64,000 bases of DNA from an uncultured bacterium (GTDB lineage: Bacteria > Patescibacteriota > Patescibacteriia > Magasanikbacterales > GWA2-37-8). The DNA lies in NCBI GenBank assembly GCA_937903605.1, contig CALCZC010000028.1, positions 70,680 to 134,679 of the forward strand. The letters run 5' to 3'. The notes under the pieces were generated by a model. The model saw nothing but the letters and a program-made list of their open reading frames with translations, ran no database searches and was not told the origin of the DNA. Positions 54,564 to 64,000 of this stretch are shown in pieces (the first letter of the stretch is position 1; the number at the start of each line of letters is the position of its first letter). The translations under genes were made by a program, and so were the position numbers.

Positions 54564-57500
54564 ATGTATTCACGAACAGTAACACAATTTGATCTGATGA
54601 TGAAAACGATAATGATCGTGTTGTTTGTGTTTGGTTTGTTCGTATTTTTTGTTGATGTTACCAAAGCCGCACAGTGGGTAAATAATCCGGCTAATTGTGC
54701 GACCCAATCTCCCGGTGGAGAAGTTGTTTGTCAAACAAGCGAAACTCCGGATTCTCGTGTTTGTGGGGTCAGCGGAGTTCAATATTATTGTTTTTCAAGT
54801 GTGGCTGTATTTAGCGCTCCTGGATATACACAAAATAATAATCAAAATAGAAGCGGTTTAGGTGGTGGTTATATTATGGATTGTGAAGCAAACGATGGCG
54901 TTCCGCCAAGTGGGCCATTTTGTGACAATAGCACAGCTTTTTGGTGCAATAGTGATGTTACTTGTAATGATAAATTTAGAATTACTCGATGTAGCTCTAG
55001 TAAATGGGCTTATGAAGCAAATGCTTTTTCTTGTACAGATTGTATTTCAACCAGATTGGATTGTAGTGGAGATGATGTGTGTGAGGTGGTAAAAGGTGCA
55101 ACAACTTCATCCACTGTTCCAAATGCAAATTATGGAAATACTTGTGATAGCGTTGTTTGTAAAAGTGGTTATGAAAATTGCAACACTAGCACCTTGGATT
55201 GGAGTGATGGTTGCGAAATACAATTTAATGTTAGTACTTGTACAACAGGCGGAGGTGAACCGGGAGTTTGGACAGCTTGCGGAGTTTGTACAGCTTTACC
55301 GCCAAAATATTTCTTGACTGCTAGTAATACGGATTATTATTCAGACAAACCACTTCTTTGGGGAACACAACTGGGAAATGGTGATCTTGTCAGTTTCAGC
55401 AACGCAACTTCTTCAAATATTTTTGTAGTGAAAAACGATGCTTCTGTGTTTATGAGTTCCACCTTAGCCACAACCACGGATAAATATTTTTATAATTACA
55501 ACGGAGATTTATATTGGGGTGATATGAAATTGGGAACTGGTGGGGGAGTAACATATACTGCTGGCAGTGGACTAAATTTAGCCGGATATGAATTTACCAT
55601 TGATACTTCTACTGATTTTAATTGGACAGGACAGCATACTTTTAATACAACTACGACATTTCCGCTTGGAGTTTGGGGCGCGGATGGCAGGGTTGGTATT
55701 GGTACAACTACCCCTACCTCTAGTTTATCGTTAGTGGTTGGTGATTATGATGGGATTACTTTGTTTGATGCTACCGGACAAATGGCAGCGGGCTTGGGAG
55801 CCGGTGGTAGTGCAAACGCAGGACTATCTTTGTTTAATCGTATTTCTGGTGATATGAGTGTTTCTTTAAATTCTGATTCTAATTCATATATAAATAATGA
55901 TTATAATTTTGGTATTGGGACCACAACACCGGATTATAAATTTACTTTAGATGGAGATGGGTTTTTTATGGCGAGAGGATTGACTCATAATCCAATTATT
56001 TATGGTTATCAAGGTGAAATATTGGGGCAAACAGGAGAAGGTTCTAGAACATTTTTTTATCCAAGAAAATCAGCTTTTAGAAGTGGTGTAATTACTGATA
56101 TGTCAGTATTTGGTATGGCTTTTGGTTATCCATTTTCAAATGAAGTTGATCAATGGGATGATAATAATATTGGCTCGGCTTCTTTTGCAGCTAATGTAAA
56201 TAATAAAGCCAGTGGACTTTCTTCAGCGGCTTTTGGAACACACAACATTGCTTCAGGGACATCTTCTTTCGTGGGCGGTGGTAATGCTAATGAAGCCGCT
56301 GGATTAACCTCTATAGTTTTAGGCGGAACCGGTAATTTTGTTGGAGCTGAAGGATCAGGTATTGTAGGTGGTTGGTCAAACACTTCAACAGGTTTTAGTG
56401 CTTTTATCGGTGGTGGTAGATATAATATAACTTCAGGTGATTACTCTTTTATTGGTGGTGGTAGATATAATGTAGCTTTAAGTGATTATTCTGTTGCTTT
56501 TGGTAGTTATATGACGGTTTCCGGAACAAATTCTTTTGGTATAAATCTTTTTGGTGGTGGTATTTCTTCTACTCTAGCTCAAGATAATACTTTTGCAGTT
56601 ATGGGTGGAAATGTGGGGATTGGAACAACTACTCCGCAGCATACATTAACTTTGGCCGGAGATTTTGATATTGCTGAAAATGGCCTGTTAAAATTTAACG
56701 GAATTTCAGGTTCTGTTGATCAAGTTATCAAAATAAACACCTCCGGTTTTCCAGAATGGGTGGATGTTGATTCTCTTTTCATAAACAATACAACATTTAA
56801 TAGCAGCACCGAGTTTAACAGCACCAGCACTTTTAATAGCACCGCGATTTTTGAAGGGCCTTCATATTTCAATAATGATGTTTTTGTCAGCGGAACAATT
56901 TCTTCAACCAATTTATATGTAAATGGTAACAGTACAACAACCGGTGATCTGTATGTTCTCGGTCAAGCTATATTTCACGATATTTTACCAGCGGATAATT
57001 TAGCTTATGCGATAGGAACTTCTACGTTTGTTTGGAAAGAAGGTTGGTTTGGAAAAATATTTACTCCGGAAATTGATTTTACAAATAATTGGAAATTATC
57101 TACTACGACCGACGGAGGATTGGTATTTACTAGCTCTACCCAAGTGGCGTTGGCGATACTTTCTACCGGACAAGTGGGAATAAATACTACAACAATAGAA
57201 GCGAATTTAAAGATTAAGGTAGATGGAAATATTGGTTCCAAACTATATTGCGATGTAAATGGAAATAATTGTTTTGATCCGAACGCTTTCGGCTGGGCCA
57301 CTCCTCAAGCTAGATATATGAATACCACAACTGCTAATTATAATGGAAATTTTGGTAGTTTTCCGGCGGCTAGTGGGACAATTGGTTATGAAGCCGCAAA
57401 TCATATCTGTAGCTCTACGGTTGGTGTTGGTTATCATATTTGTCAGGCAAATGAAATTTTGGATATTATCAGAATTTATGGCACTAGCACGTTTGCCAGT

Positions 57501-57689
57501 AAAACAAACGGATGGGTAGCAAATGGTCCTCCAGGGTATGTCACGGTATCTACAAATGATTGTGAAGGATATACCACCTCTACCGTTAGTTTTTATGGAG
57601 CATGGTGGAAATTTAACGACAGTAGTGGTGGAGGAAGTGGAAAAATGACCAATTGCAGTACTCTCCAACCAATAGCGTGTTGTAAATAA
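54564..57689 (+). CDS. Large Cys-rich fibre/adhesin-like surface protein
   Basis: Signal peptide, Cys-rich N domain, G.VGIGTT.P repeats, YadA-head-like SFIGGGRYN repeats, ACCK C-terminal domain. Confidence 0.8.
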   Translation: MYSRTVTQFDLMMKTIMIVLFVFGLFVFFVDVTKAAQWVNNPANCATQSPGGEVVCQTSETPDSRVCGVSGVQYYCFSSVAVFSAPGYTQNNNQNRSGLGGGYIMDCEANDGVPPSGPFCDNSTAFWCNSDVTCNDKFRITRCSSSKWAYEANAFSCTDCISTRLDCSGDDVCEVVKGATTSSTVPNANYGNTCDSVVCKSGYENCNTSTLDWSDGCEIQFNVSTCTTGGGEPGVWTACGVCTALPPKYFLTASNTDYYSDKPLLWGTQLGNGDLVSFSNATSSNIFVVKNDASVFMSSTLATTTDKYFYNYNGDLYWGDMKLGTGGGVTYTAGSGLNLAGYEFTIDTSTDFNWTGQHTFNTTTTFPLGVWGADGRVGIGTTTPTSSLSLVVGDYDGITLFDATGQMAAGLGAGGSANAGLSLFNRISGDMSVSLNSDSNSYINNDYNFGIGTTTPDYKFTLDGDGFFMARGLTHNPIIYGYQGEILGQTGEGSRTFFYPRKSAFRSGVITDMSVFGMAFGYPFSNEVDQWDDNNIGSASFAANVNNKASGLSSAAFGTHNIASGTSSFVGGGNANEAAGLTSIVLGGTGNFVGAEGSGIVGGWSNTSTGFSAFIGGGRYNITSGDYSFIGGGRYNVALSDYSVAFGSYMTVSGTNSFGINLFGGGISSTLAQDNTFAVMGGNVGIGTTTPQHTLTLAGDFDIAENGLLKFNGISGSVDQVIKINTSGFPEWVDVDSLFINNTTFNSSTEFNSTSTFNSTAIFEGPSYFNNDVFVSGTISSTNLYVNGNSTTTGDLYVLGQAIFHDILPADNLAYAIGTSTFVWKEGWFGKIFTPEIDFTNNWKLSTTTDGGLVFTSSTQVALAILSTGQVGINTTTIEANLKIKVDGNIGSKLYCDVNGNNCFDPNAFGWATPQARYMNTTTANYNGNFGSFPAASGTIGYEAANHICSSTVGVGYHICQANEILDIIRIYGTSTFASKTNGWVANGPPGYVTVSTNDCEGYTTSTVSFYGAWWKFNDSSGGGSGKMTNCSTLQPIACCK

Positions 57690-57713
57690 TTAATAAGTTA
57701 TAAAGCAAACAGT

Positions 57714-59615
57714 ATGCGATTAAAAGCTAAAACAACAATGAAAATAAATTTCTTGGTCAAAATGATAATGATCGTGTTGTTTGTGCTCGGCGCATTTGTA
57801 TTTTTTGTTGATATTTCCAAGGCGGCTGAATCTGAATGGAAAAATAATCCCGCTGAATGTAGCACTAAACTTGGTGCTGTGGAATGTTCTAGCGGATATA
57901 GAATTTGCGGGGTATTTAATAATTCCGGTTTGTGTTTTACTCCGATGACAAGAGAAAGATTATCCTCAACCAATGATGGTTTGTCACAAACAAGGTACTC
58001 TCCTTCTTTTGGTGGCGGTTTTATTTTAGATTGTAATGCAACTGTTACACAAACAAAAGGGGAAACCGAACCACATTGTAATAATTCTAATACAATTGGA
58101 GTAAACAGTCTTTGGTGTAATGCTAGCACCACTTGTTCGAATGATCATGTGTTAACTAGATGTTTTGCCGGAATTTGGGAAGGACAATCCGGATCACACG
58201 AATGTGTTGTTCCGGGGATGACTCCTACGACTACCGGATGTGTGAGTGGTTATGCAAATTGTAATTTAGGAGAACCAAATAGCCCTATTGACCCCAGTGA
58301 TTGTGAAGTTAGAATCGGTTTTACTACATGTACAGGCGCTGGTGGTTTGCAAGGAACTTACAATGCTTCTTGTCAATGTGTAGTTGCGACCTCCACATTT
58401 GTTACTGGTGTACAAACACATTTTGCCACTTCTTCACCCCTCCTTTGGGGGACACAATATGGAGATGGTGATCTTATAAAATTTTCAAAAAACAATATCT
58501 CCACCAATACCTTTATGGTAAAAAATGACGGCTCGGTGGGAATAGGAACAGATTCATTTGATAGTAATGTCGCCGCTTTGGTTGTATCTTCTACCAGTAA
58601 AGGAATTTTAATTCCAAGATTGACCGTCAGTCAGAGAGACGCGATTAGTGGAGCGCCGGAAGGCTTACTGCTTTATAATATGGATGATCATGAATTCAAT
58701 TATTATAATGGCTCGGGATGGGAAAGTGTTGGTAAAACTTATTCCGCTTCTAGTACCGGTGGTTTAAATTTAAGTGGAACAAGTTTTTCGGCTAATGTTG
58801 ATAATTTGACAATTGAAATTTCCGGAAGTAATCAATTGAAAGTAAAATATGATCCGATTTTCTTTGCGACAAACACTACTGGTTTGACATTTATGTACGA
58901 CGATGGATTCTTTGCTACCAGTAGTTTTGGTTTAATGCTCAAAGATATGGGTGTTGTCAGTAGTACCTATGGGAGCGAAAACACAGCGGTTACTTTGGGT
59001 ATTGATAATTATGGTCGAGTATATTTCGTCGCTACAAGCGCTATTATGATTGGAATAGAAAATATTACGAATTCATCTTCTCTGGCAAGAGTTGATATGG
59101 AAAACACTTTCACCTCGCCGACGATTTTCAGCGCCAGCACGACATTTAATGCGACGACAACTCATAATGCTGGGGTAAGAGCGAATTTGTATTGTGATTC
59201 TTCCGGAACGAATTGTTTTGATCCGAGTTTGGGTTGGGTTACTACGGTTCTTGACGTAACAACCACACCGGCTACAACAACAGGTTCATTTACCTTTACA
59301 ACAGGAACTCTACGAGGATATCAAGCAGGAAATGCAATTTGTAATCATTATTATCCAGGATATCATTTCTGTTTTAGTGGAGAAATAATTTCTTATATAA
59401 GAACGGCTTCCAATATTAATAAATTTGCGGGATTGCCTCAAGCATGGATATCTGAGGGTCCGCCAGGATTTACTTCTGATTCAAATGATTGCGGTGGATA
59501 TACCACGGCTGACTTAGAACCTCTGGGAGCATTTTGGGAATTTGATAGTGATGGTGGTGGTAGAGGTTGGCTATCTACTTGTGGTTCAGCAAAAAATATT
59601 GCTTGTTGTAAATAA
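57714..59615 (+). CDS. Cys-rich surface protein, paralog (start may be 57738)
   Basis: Same N- and C-terminal Cys-rich domains; KGILIPRLT..QR.AI....GLL.YN motif. Confidence 0.8.
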   Translation: MRLKAKTTMKINFLVKMIMIVLFVLGAFVFFVDISKAAESEWKNNPAECSTKLGAVECSSGYRICGVFNNSGLCFTPMTRERLSSTNDGLSQTRYSPSFGGGFILDCNATVTQTKGETEPHCNNSNTIGVNSLWCNASTTCSNDHVLTRCFAGIWEGQSGSHECVVPGMTPTTTGCVSGYANCNLGEPNSPIDPSDCEVRIGFTTCTGAGGLQGTYNASCQCVVATSTFVTGVQTHFATSSPLLWGTQYGDGDLIKFSKNNISTNTFMVKNDGSVGIGTDSFDSNVAALVVSSTSKGILIPRLTVSQRDAISGAPEGLLLYNMDDHEFNYYNGSGWESVGKTYSASSTGGLNLSGTSFSANVDNLTIEISGSNQLKVKYDPIFFATNTTGLTFMYDDGFFATSSFGLMLKDMGVVSSTYGSENTAVTLGIDNYGRVYFVATSAIMIGIENITNSSSLARVDMENTFTSPTIFSASTTFNATTTHNAGVRANLYCDSSGTNCFDPSLGWVTTVLDVTTTPATTTGSFTFTTGTLRGYQAGNAICNHYYPGYHFCFSGEIISYIRTASNINKFAGLPQAWISEGPPGFTSDSNDCGGYTTADLEPLGAFWEFDSDGGGRGWLSTCGSAKNIACCK

Positions 59616-59621
59616 AATAAT

Positions 59622-62600
59622 ATGAATATTCAGAAAATGGTACAATTTATTTCTTTTAAAAAAGCATTCTTTATTGCTTTGCTTGTATTTAGTTTTTCAA
59701 TAATTTTTGTAGATTCTGCAAAAGCCGCTGATTGGAAAAAAACCCCAGCCCAATGTCCCAGTGTATATGAAGGATACGGTCAAACCGGCGGTCCGGGAGA
59801 GGGTATGTGTGGTGTGTTGGGTAATACAGCTTTATGGTTTAGTACTTCATCTTTAGTGCTGTTAGTACCAACTGTTTCTACAAACACCAATAATACACCA
59901 GGAGTAAATTTAGGAGGATATGTTGTTGATTGCCATGCTTACGATGCAAGCCCTTTGCCAGACGGTCCTTTTTGCGATAATAATACAAATTTTTGGTGCA
60001 GTCCAGATCCATCTTGTAATAGTTTATATGTAAAAACAACATGTAATGCAAGTAAGTGGGCAATTGATTCCGGTGCTTTTACTTGTGTTACTCCTGGGGC
60101 AGCTCCCTCAACCACTGGGTGTATTAGTGGTTATGCAAATTGTAATATAGGAACTTCTGATCCTAATAATTGCGAGGTAAGAATAGGCGTTACAACCTGT
60201 ACCGGAGCCGGAGGTTTGCAAGGTACTTTCAATGCTTCCTGTGACTGTATTGTTCCGGCCTCTAATTTTAGAACTGGAATTCAAGCTGAATTTTTAACTT
60301 CTTCGCCTTTACTTTGGGGTAAACAATACGGTGATGGCGATCTAATCCGTTTTACAAATAACAAAGTTTCTACTTCTTCATTTGTAGTTTTTAATTCCGG
60401 ACAAGTTGCGATTGGACATAATATAAATGTTTCTACCACTTCCGTGGCGTTTGAAGTTTCGTCAACCCAGCGCGGTATCTTAATTCCGAGATTAGGCGGA
60501 ACAAATCCTATTACAAATGGCGTAGATGGTGAATTATATTACAATACAACATCAAAAAAATTCATGTATTACAATGGTCTTGCTTGGGGTGAGTTGGGTA
60601 GTGGTGGGTCTTCTTGGGTAACCACAACTTTATTGTCTGTTTCAGGTAATGCTACAGGGCTTTATCCAGCAGGAACAGTTTCTACTACGATTGGTATTGG
60701 AAGCACGGGTACGGATATTTGGTTACAAACCAGTAGTACTCCGAGATTATACGTAGCGGAAAATGGGAATGTGGGGATTGGGACGACTTCGCCTCAAGAA
60801 AAATTATCAGTGGTGGGGAATATTTCGAATTTAATAACAAATCAATCCGGAGTAGGTCGTATTTCTTTTGTTAATTTAACTGTTGGAAGTGTTGGAGATT
60901 ATGGTATATATTCTATTGATGTTTCTGGTCGTTATGCTTATGTAGGTGGTCCTGGATTAGGATCAACAGCCGCAAATTTTTCAATTATAGATATAAATGA
61001 TATTTATAATCCAGAGCCAATTTTTACCACTTCTGGTTTTGCAACTTATCTCAGAGATATAAAAGTAGCGGGGAAATATGCTTATTTAGGAAGAGGAACA
61101 TCAAGTGGCAATTTTAAAATATTAGATATTTCTAATCCTAAAAATCCTGTAGAAATATCCTCATCTACGTTTGGTACTAGTTTGCGCACTTTAGAAATTG
61201 TTGGCAACTATGCATATGTTGGTAATAATGCAAGTTCAAATAATTTTAGGATTATTGACATTTCCAATCCACGTAGTCCAATAAATATCTCAACAATAAC
61301 TATCGGTAGTACAGTTATTAATTCTATACAAATTGTTGGTAATTATGCATATATAACAAATATTCAAGGAGCAAATAATTTTAGTGTTGTTGATATCTCT
61401 GATCCGTATAATCCAATAAATATTTCAACAATAACCGCTGGTCTTTATAGTATTTATTCTGTCCAGGTATCGGGTCGGTATGCTTACATAGGGAATGGCA
61501 CAGGAGCAGCAGATAATTTTAGAATAATTGATATTTCTGATCCATATAATCCGGTAGTAACATCGACCTTGAAGGTTGGTAGCGCTAGTATTACGTCTAT
61601 AAAAATTTCTGGTCGTTATGCTTATATAGGAAGTTTTGCAACTACCGATAATTTTCACATAGTTGATATTTCCAACCCATCTTCTCCAATAAATATTTTT
61701 TCCGATAGTATTGCTGGAAGCAATGTTAGAGCTGTAAATGTGTCGGGTCGTTATGCATTTGTTGGAACCATGACTCAAACAAATGGAACTTTTAATATAA
61801 TTGATATTTCAGGAACAGAAGTTTCTTCTCTTATTGCGCACTCATCAGAAATCGGCAATTTACAAGTTCGTAATAACATTATCACACAAGGTATTGGTCA
61901 ATTTGGATCTCTTAATGTTGGTGCTGGAGGCTTACTTGTAAATGGGTCTTTGTCAGTGAGTGCCACGAATAGCCCATCTTATTTTGGAGGAAATGTTGGA
62001 ATTGGAACAACTTCTCCAATTTTTAAATTAACTCTTGGTGAAGATGGTGGTATTTATTCCGCTTGGCCAGATTATACTCCTCTTGGTTCATTGGAAGGGG
62101 CTGTTTTACCTTCGACTTCGTCTGGAACATTGATGTTTTGGTATCCGCGTAAAGCCGCTTTTAGAGCTGGTGTTATGGATAGGTCTCAACCAAACAGTGA
62201 TGCCTGGGATGAATCTAATATAGGTCTGTTGTCGTTTTCTTTTGGTGGTAATAATGTCGCTTCAGCCACTGGAACATTTGTAGTCGGAGGAGCCAATACA
62301 TCTTCAGGGCAATATTCATCAATTACTGGTGGTACATTTAATAATATAACGGGAAATGTTTCTTTTATTGGCGGTGGTTTTACTAACACCATTTCTTCAG
62401 GAAACTCTGCTATTGGCGGAGGATCTTATAATACTATTTCTGGTGCCTATTCATTTATTGGCGCTGGTAGAGATAATGTTGCTTCAGGATACGCTTCTTT
62501 TGTAGGGGGCGGTCGCAATAACACATCTTCAGGACAATATTCAGTTTCGTTTGGTTATGACAATGAAGTATCTGGTAACTATTCTTTTGTTAGTGGTCAG

Positions 62601-64000
62601 ATGAATGAAGTGAGCGGGTATAATTCTGTGGCATTTGGAAACAAAATGAATGTTAGTGGTGCTTATTCTTTTGGTATAAATTTAGAACCAGACGATGAGG
62701 GAGGTGTTGTTAATTTGTCAAATGATAGAGTTTTGGCAGTTATGGGCGGGAACGTGGGGATTGGGACCAGTAATCCTCTTGCGAAATTATCTCTTGATAA
62801 CGATGGTTCAATTTTAGCTCAAGGAACCTCTGGATCTGGTTGGAATGGTGGAACTCTTGGCGCTGGGTCTAGAATGATGTGGATAGCGAGTAAAGGTGCT
62901 TTTAGGGCGGGTAAAACTTGGGGAACAAATTGGGATACAACTAAAATAGGTTTTAATTCTATTGCTCTTGGTGAGGATCATTTAGTAACAAGCTCTTTTG
63001 GATTTGCTGCTGGGGGTAGAAGTCATGAAATAACAGGGGATTCTTCAGTTGTAATAGGTGGAGAAAATAATATTATTTCTGATAGTAATTCAGGTATTAT
63101 TGCTGGTTGGAATAATATTATATCAGATAGGTATTCTGTTATTTCTGGTGGTCAGGATAATTTAATTTCAAATGAATTTTCATTTATTGGTGGTGGTACT
63201 AACAACACTGTTTCAGGAGCTGGTTCTGTAATATTTGGTGGTTATAACAACACTGTTTCAGGAAATTATTCTTCTGCTTTTGGTTATAATATGAATGTTT
63301 CGGGAGGTTATTCTTTTGGTATTAATGTTAGTACTACAGCTGCAACACTTTCTCGAGATAATACCATTGCTTTGATGGGAGGTAATGTGGGGATTGGGAC
63401 GACCTCGCCACAATCTTTATTGGATGTATCTGGCGACAGTGCTACAATTAGAATTTCAGATCATTCTTCCACAAGAATACCAGCATTAATTTTTATGAGA
63501 GGTACTAGTACTGTATTTGGAGAAGATATTTGGACAGATTGGAAAATTGAAAATAATTCTGGTGAGCTTAGGTTTAGTGCTAACGCAAATGGAGTTTCTA
63601 CAACATCTTTATATTTAGGTTCATCAGGTAAGATAGGTATGAATACTATTCCTTTAACCTCGCTACACCTTGCTGGTGATGGAGCGATTTTGGCGACAGG
63701 AACTTATGGATCTGGCTGGGATGGAGGATCTCTTGGTGCAGGAACAAGATTGATGTGGATACCAAGTAAAGGTGCTTTTAGAGTAGGATATGTGAATGGA
63801 ACAGAATGGGACGAGACGAATATAGGCGCTTACTCTGCGGTTTTTGGTTATAATAGTTTAGCATCAGGCAGTCGTTCTTTTATTGGCGGTGGTTATAATA
63901 GTAGTGTAACTGGAAATTATTCCTCTGTAATTGGAGGTTTTAATAATAAGGTTGCAGGTGCAAATTCATTTATTGGTGCAGGTTCAAGTAATTTTGTTTC
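59622..64000 (+). CDS. Very large surface protein with LVIVD repeats and YadA-head-like repeats (continues past the right edge)
   Basis: ATG 59622 (MNIQKMVQF...AKAADWKK); same Cys-rich N domain; repeated V.G.YAY.G....F.I.DIS.P..P units at about 60900-61810; GNVGIGT and SFIGGG repeats. Absent from the track, consistent with no stop in the window. Confidence 0.85.
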   Translation, partial: MNIQKMVQFISFKKAFFIALLVFSFSIIFVDSAKAADWKKTPAQCPSVYEGYGQTGGPGEGMCGVLGNTALWFSTSSLVLLVPTVSTNTNNTPGVNLGGYVVDCHAYDASPLPDGPFCDNNTNFWCSPDPSCNSLYVKTTCNASKWAIDSGAFTCVTPGAAPSTTGCISGYANCNIGTSDPNNCEVRIGVTTCTGAGGLQGTFNASCDCIVPASNFRTGIQAEFLTSSPLLWGKQYGDGDLIRFTNNKVSTSSFVVFNSGQVAIGHNINVSTTSVAFEVSSTQRGILIPRLGGTNPITNGVDGELYYNTTSKKFMYYNGLAWGELGSGGSSWVTTTLLSVSGNATGLYPAGTVSTTIGIGSTGTDIWLQTSSTPRLYVAENGNVGIGTTSPQEKLSVVGNISNLITNQSGVGRISFVNLTVGSVGDYGIYSIDVSGRYAYVGGPGLGSTAANFSIIDINDIYNPEPIFTTSGFATYLRDIKVAGKYAYLGRGTSSGNFKILDISNPKNPVEISSSTFGTSLRTLEIVGNYAYVGNNASSNNFRIIDISNPRSPINISTITIGSTVINSIQIVGNYAYITNIQGANNFSVVDISDPYNPINISTITAGLYSIYSVQVSGRYAYIGNGTGAADNFRIIDISDPYNPVVTSTLKVGSASITSIKISGRYAYIGSFATTDNFHIVDISNPSSPINIFSDSIAGSNVRAVNVSGRYAFVGTMTQTNGTFNIIDISGTEVSSLIAHSSEIGNLQVRNNIITQGIGQFGSLNVGAGGLLVNGSLSVSATNSPSYFGGNVGIGTTSPIFKLTLGEDGGIYSAWPDYTPLGSLEGAVLPSTSSGTLMFWYPRKAAFRAGVMDRSQPNSDAWDESNIGLLSFSFGGNNVASATGTFVVGGANTSSGQYSSITGGTFNNITGNVSFIGGGFTNTISSGNSAIGGGSYNTISGAYSFIGAGRDNVASGYASFVGGGRNNTSSGQYSVSFGYDNEVSGNYSFVSGQMNEVSGYNSVAFGNKMNVSGAYSFGINLEPDDEGGVVNLSNDRVLAVMGGNVGIGTSNPLAKLSLDNDGSILAQGTSGSGWNGGTLGAGSRMMWIASKGAFRAGKTWGTNWDTTKIGFNSIALGEDHLVTSSFGFAAGGRSHEITGDSSVVIGGENNIISDSNSGIIAGWNNIISDRYSVISGGQDNLISNEFSFIGGGTNNTVSGAGSVIFGGYNNTVSGNYSSAFGYNMNVSGGYSFGINVSTTAATLSRDNTIALMGGNVGIGTTSPQSLLDVSGDSATIRISDHSSTRIPALIFMRGTSTVFGEDIWTDWKIENNSGELRFSANANGVSTTSLYLGSSGKIGMNTIPLTSLHLAGDGAILATGTYGSGWDGGSLGAGTRLMWIPSKGAFRVGYVNGTEWDETNIGAYSAVFGYNSLASGSRSFIGGGYNSSVTGNYSSVIGGFNNKVAGANSFIGAGSSNFV

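Noticed and set aside
54230-59615. Diversity-generating retroelement (bAvd-like gene plus repeated C-terminal lectin-like domains)
   Set aside because: No reverse transcriptase or template repeat in the window. The three 3' ends differ by indels and synonymous changes at all bases, not adenine-specific substitutions, so they look like old paralogs.
449-62392. Many short ORFs in the track overlapping long genes on other frames or strands
   Set aside because: They are shadows of well-supported genes (der, recG, clpC, pheT, dnaE, rny, infB, surface proteins) with no recognisable motifs or initiation signals.
1-64000. Alternative genetic code (TGA read as Gly)
   Set aside because: Long conserved genes are intact under code 11 and TGA ends the response regulator at its expected length.
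49500-64000. Prophage (fibre-like repeats, XRE genes, methyltransferase)
   Set aside because: No integrase, terminase, capsid or lysis genes; the fibre-like proteins have signal peptides, indicating cellular surface proteins.

Overview
AT-rich bacterial chromosome segment in the standard code (TGA is a stop). Gene style and content point to Patescibacteria/CPR, probably a Parcubacteria/ABY1-like lineage (inference). The backbone is housekeeping: der (partial), an LCP protein, recG, radA, clpC, manB, htpX-lemA, rseP-pheS-pheT, dnaE, mutM, tsaD, hup, rny, truB, infB, trxA, and four tRNAs (Val-CAC, Arg-GCG, Met-CAT, Glu-TTC). Accessory content: an array of single-gene orphan/ankyrin cassettes, an ECF sigma with a DUF4349-like partner, a PAS kinase-receiver-GHMP-like operon, a C-protein-controlled Type II restriction-modification locus, and four paralogous Cys-rich surface proteins running off the right end. 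The most striking unannotated signal is a dense population of small repeat elements. (i) A 9-mer-array plus hairpin element carries a four-helix-bundle gene between pheS and pheT and has two gene-less copies elsewhere. (ii) 7-mer arrays lie between genes and also in frame inside recG, radA, tsaD and truB. (iii) Duplicated and inverted tRNA fragments and GC-rich mini-palindromes surround all four tRNAs. Two candidate structured RNAs were also found: a 6S-like rod upstream of rny and an unexplained ~550 nt locus at 34.7-35.3 kb. All product calls come from motif recognition by eye, not database searches.
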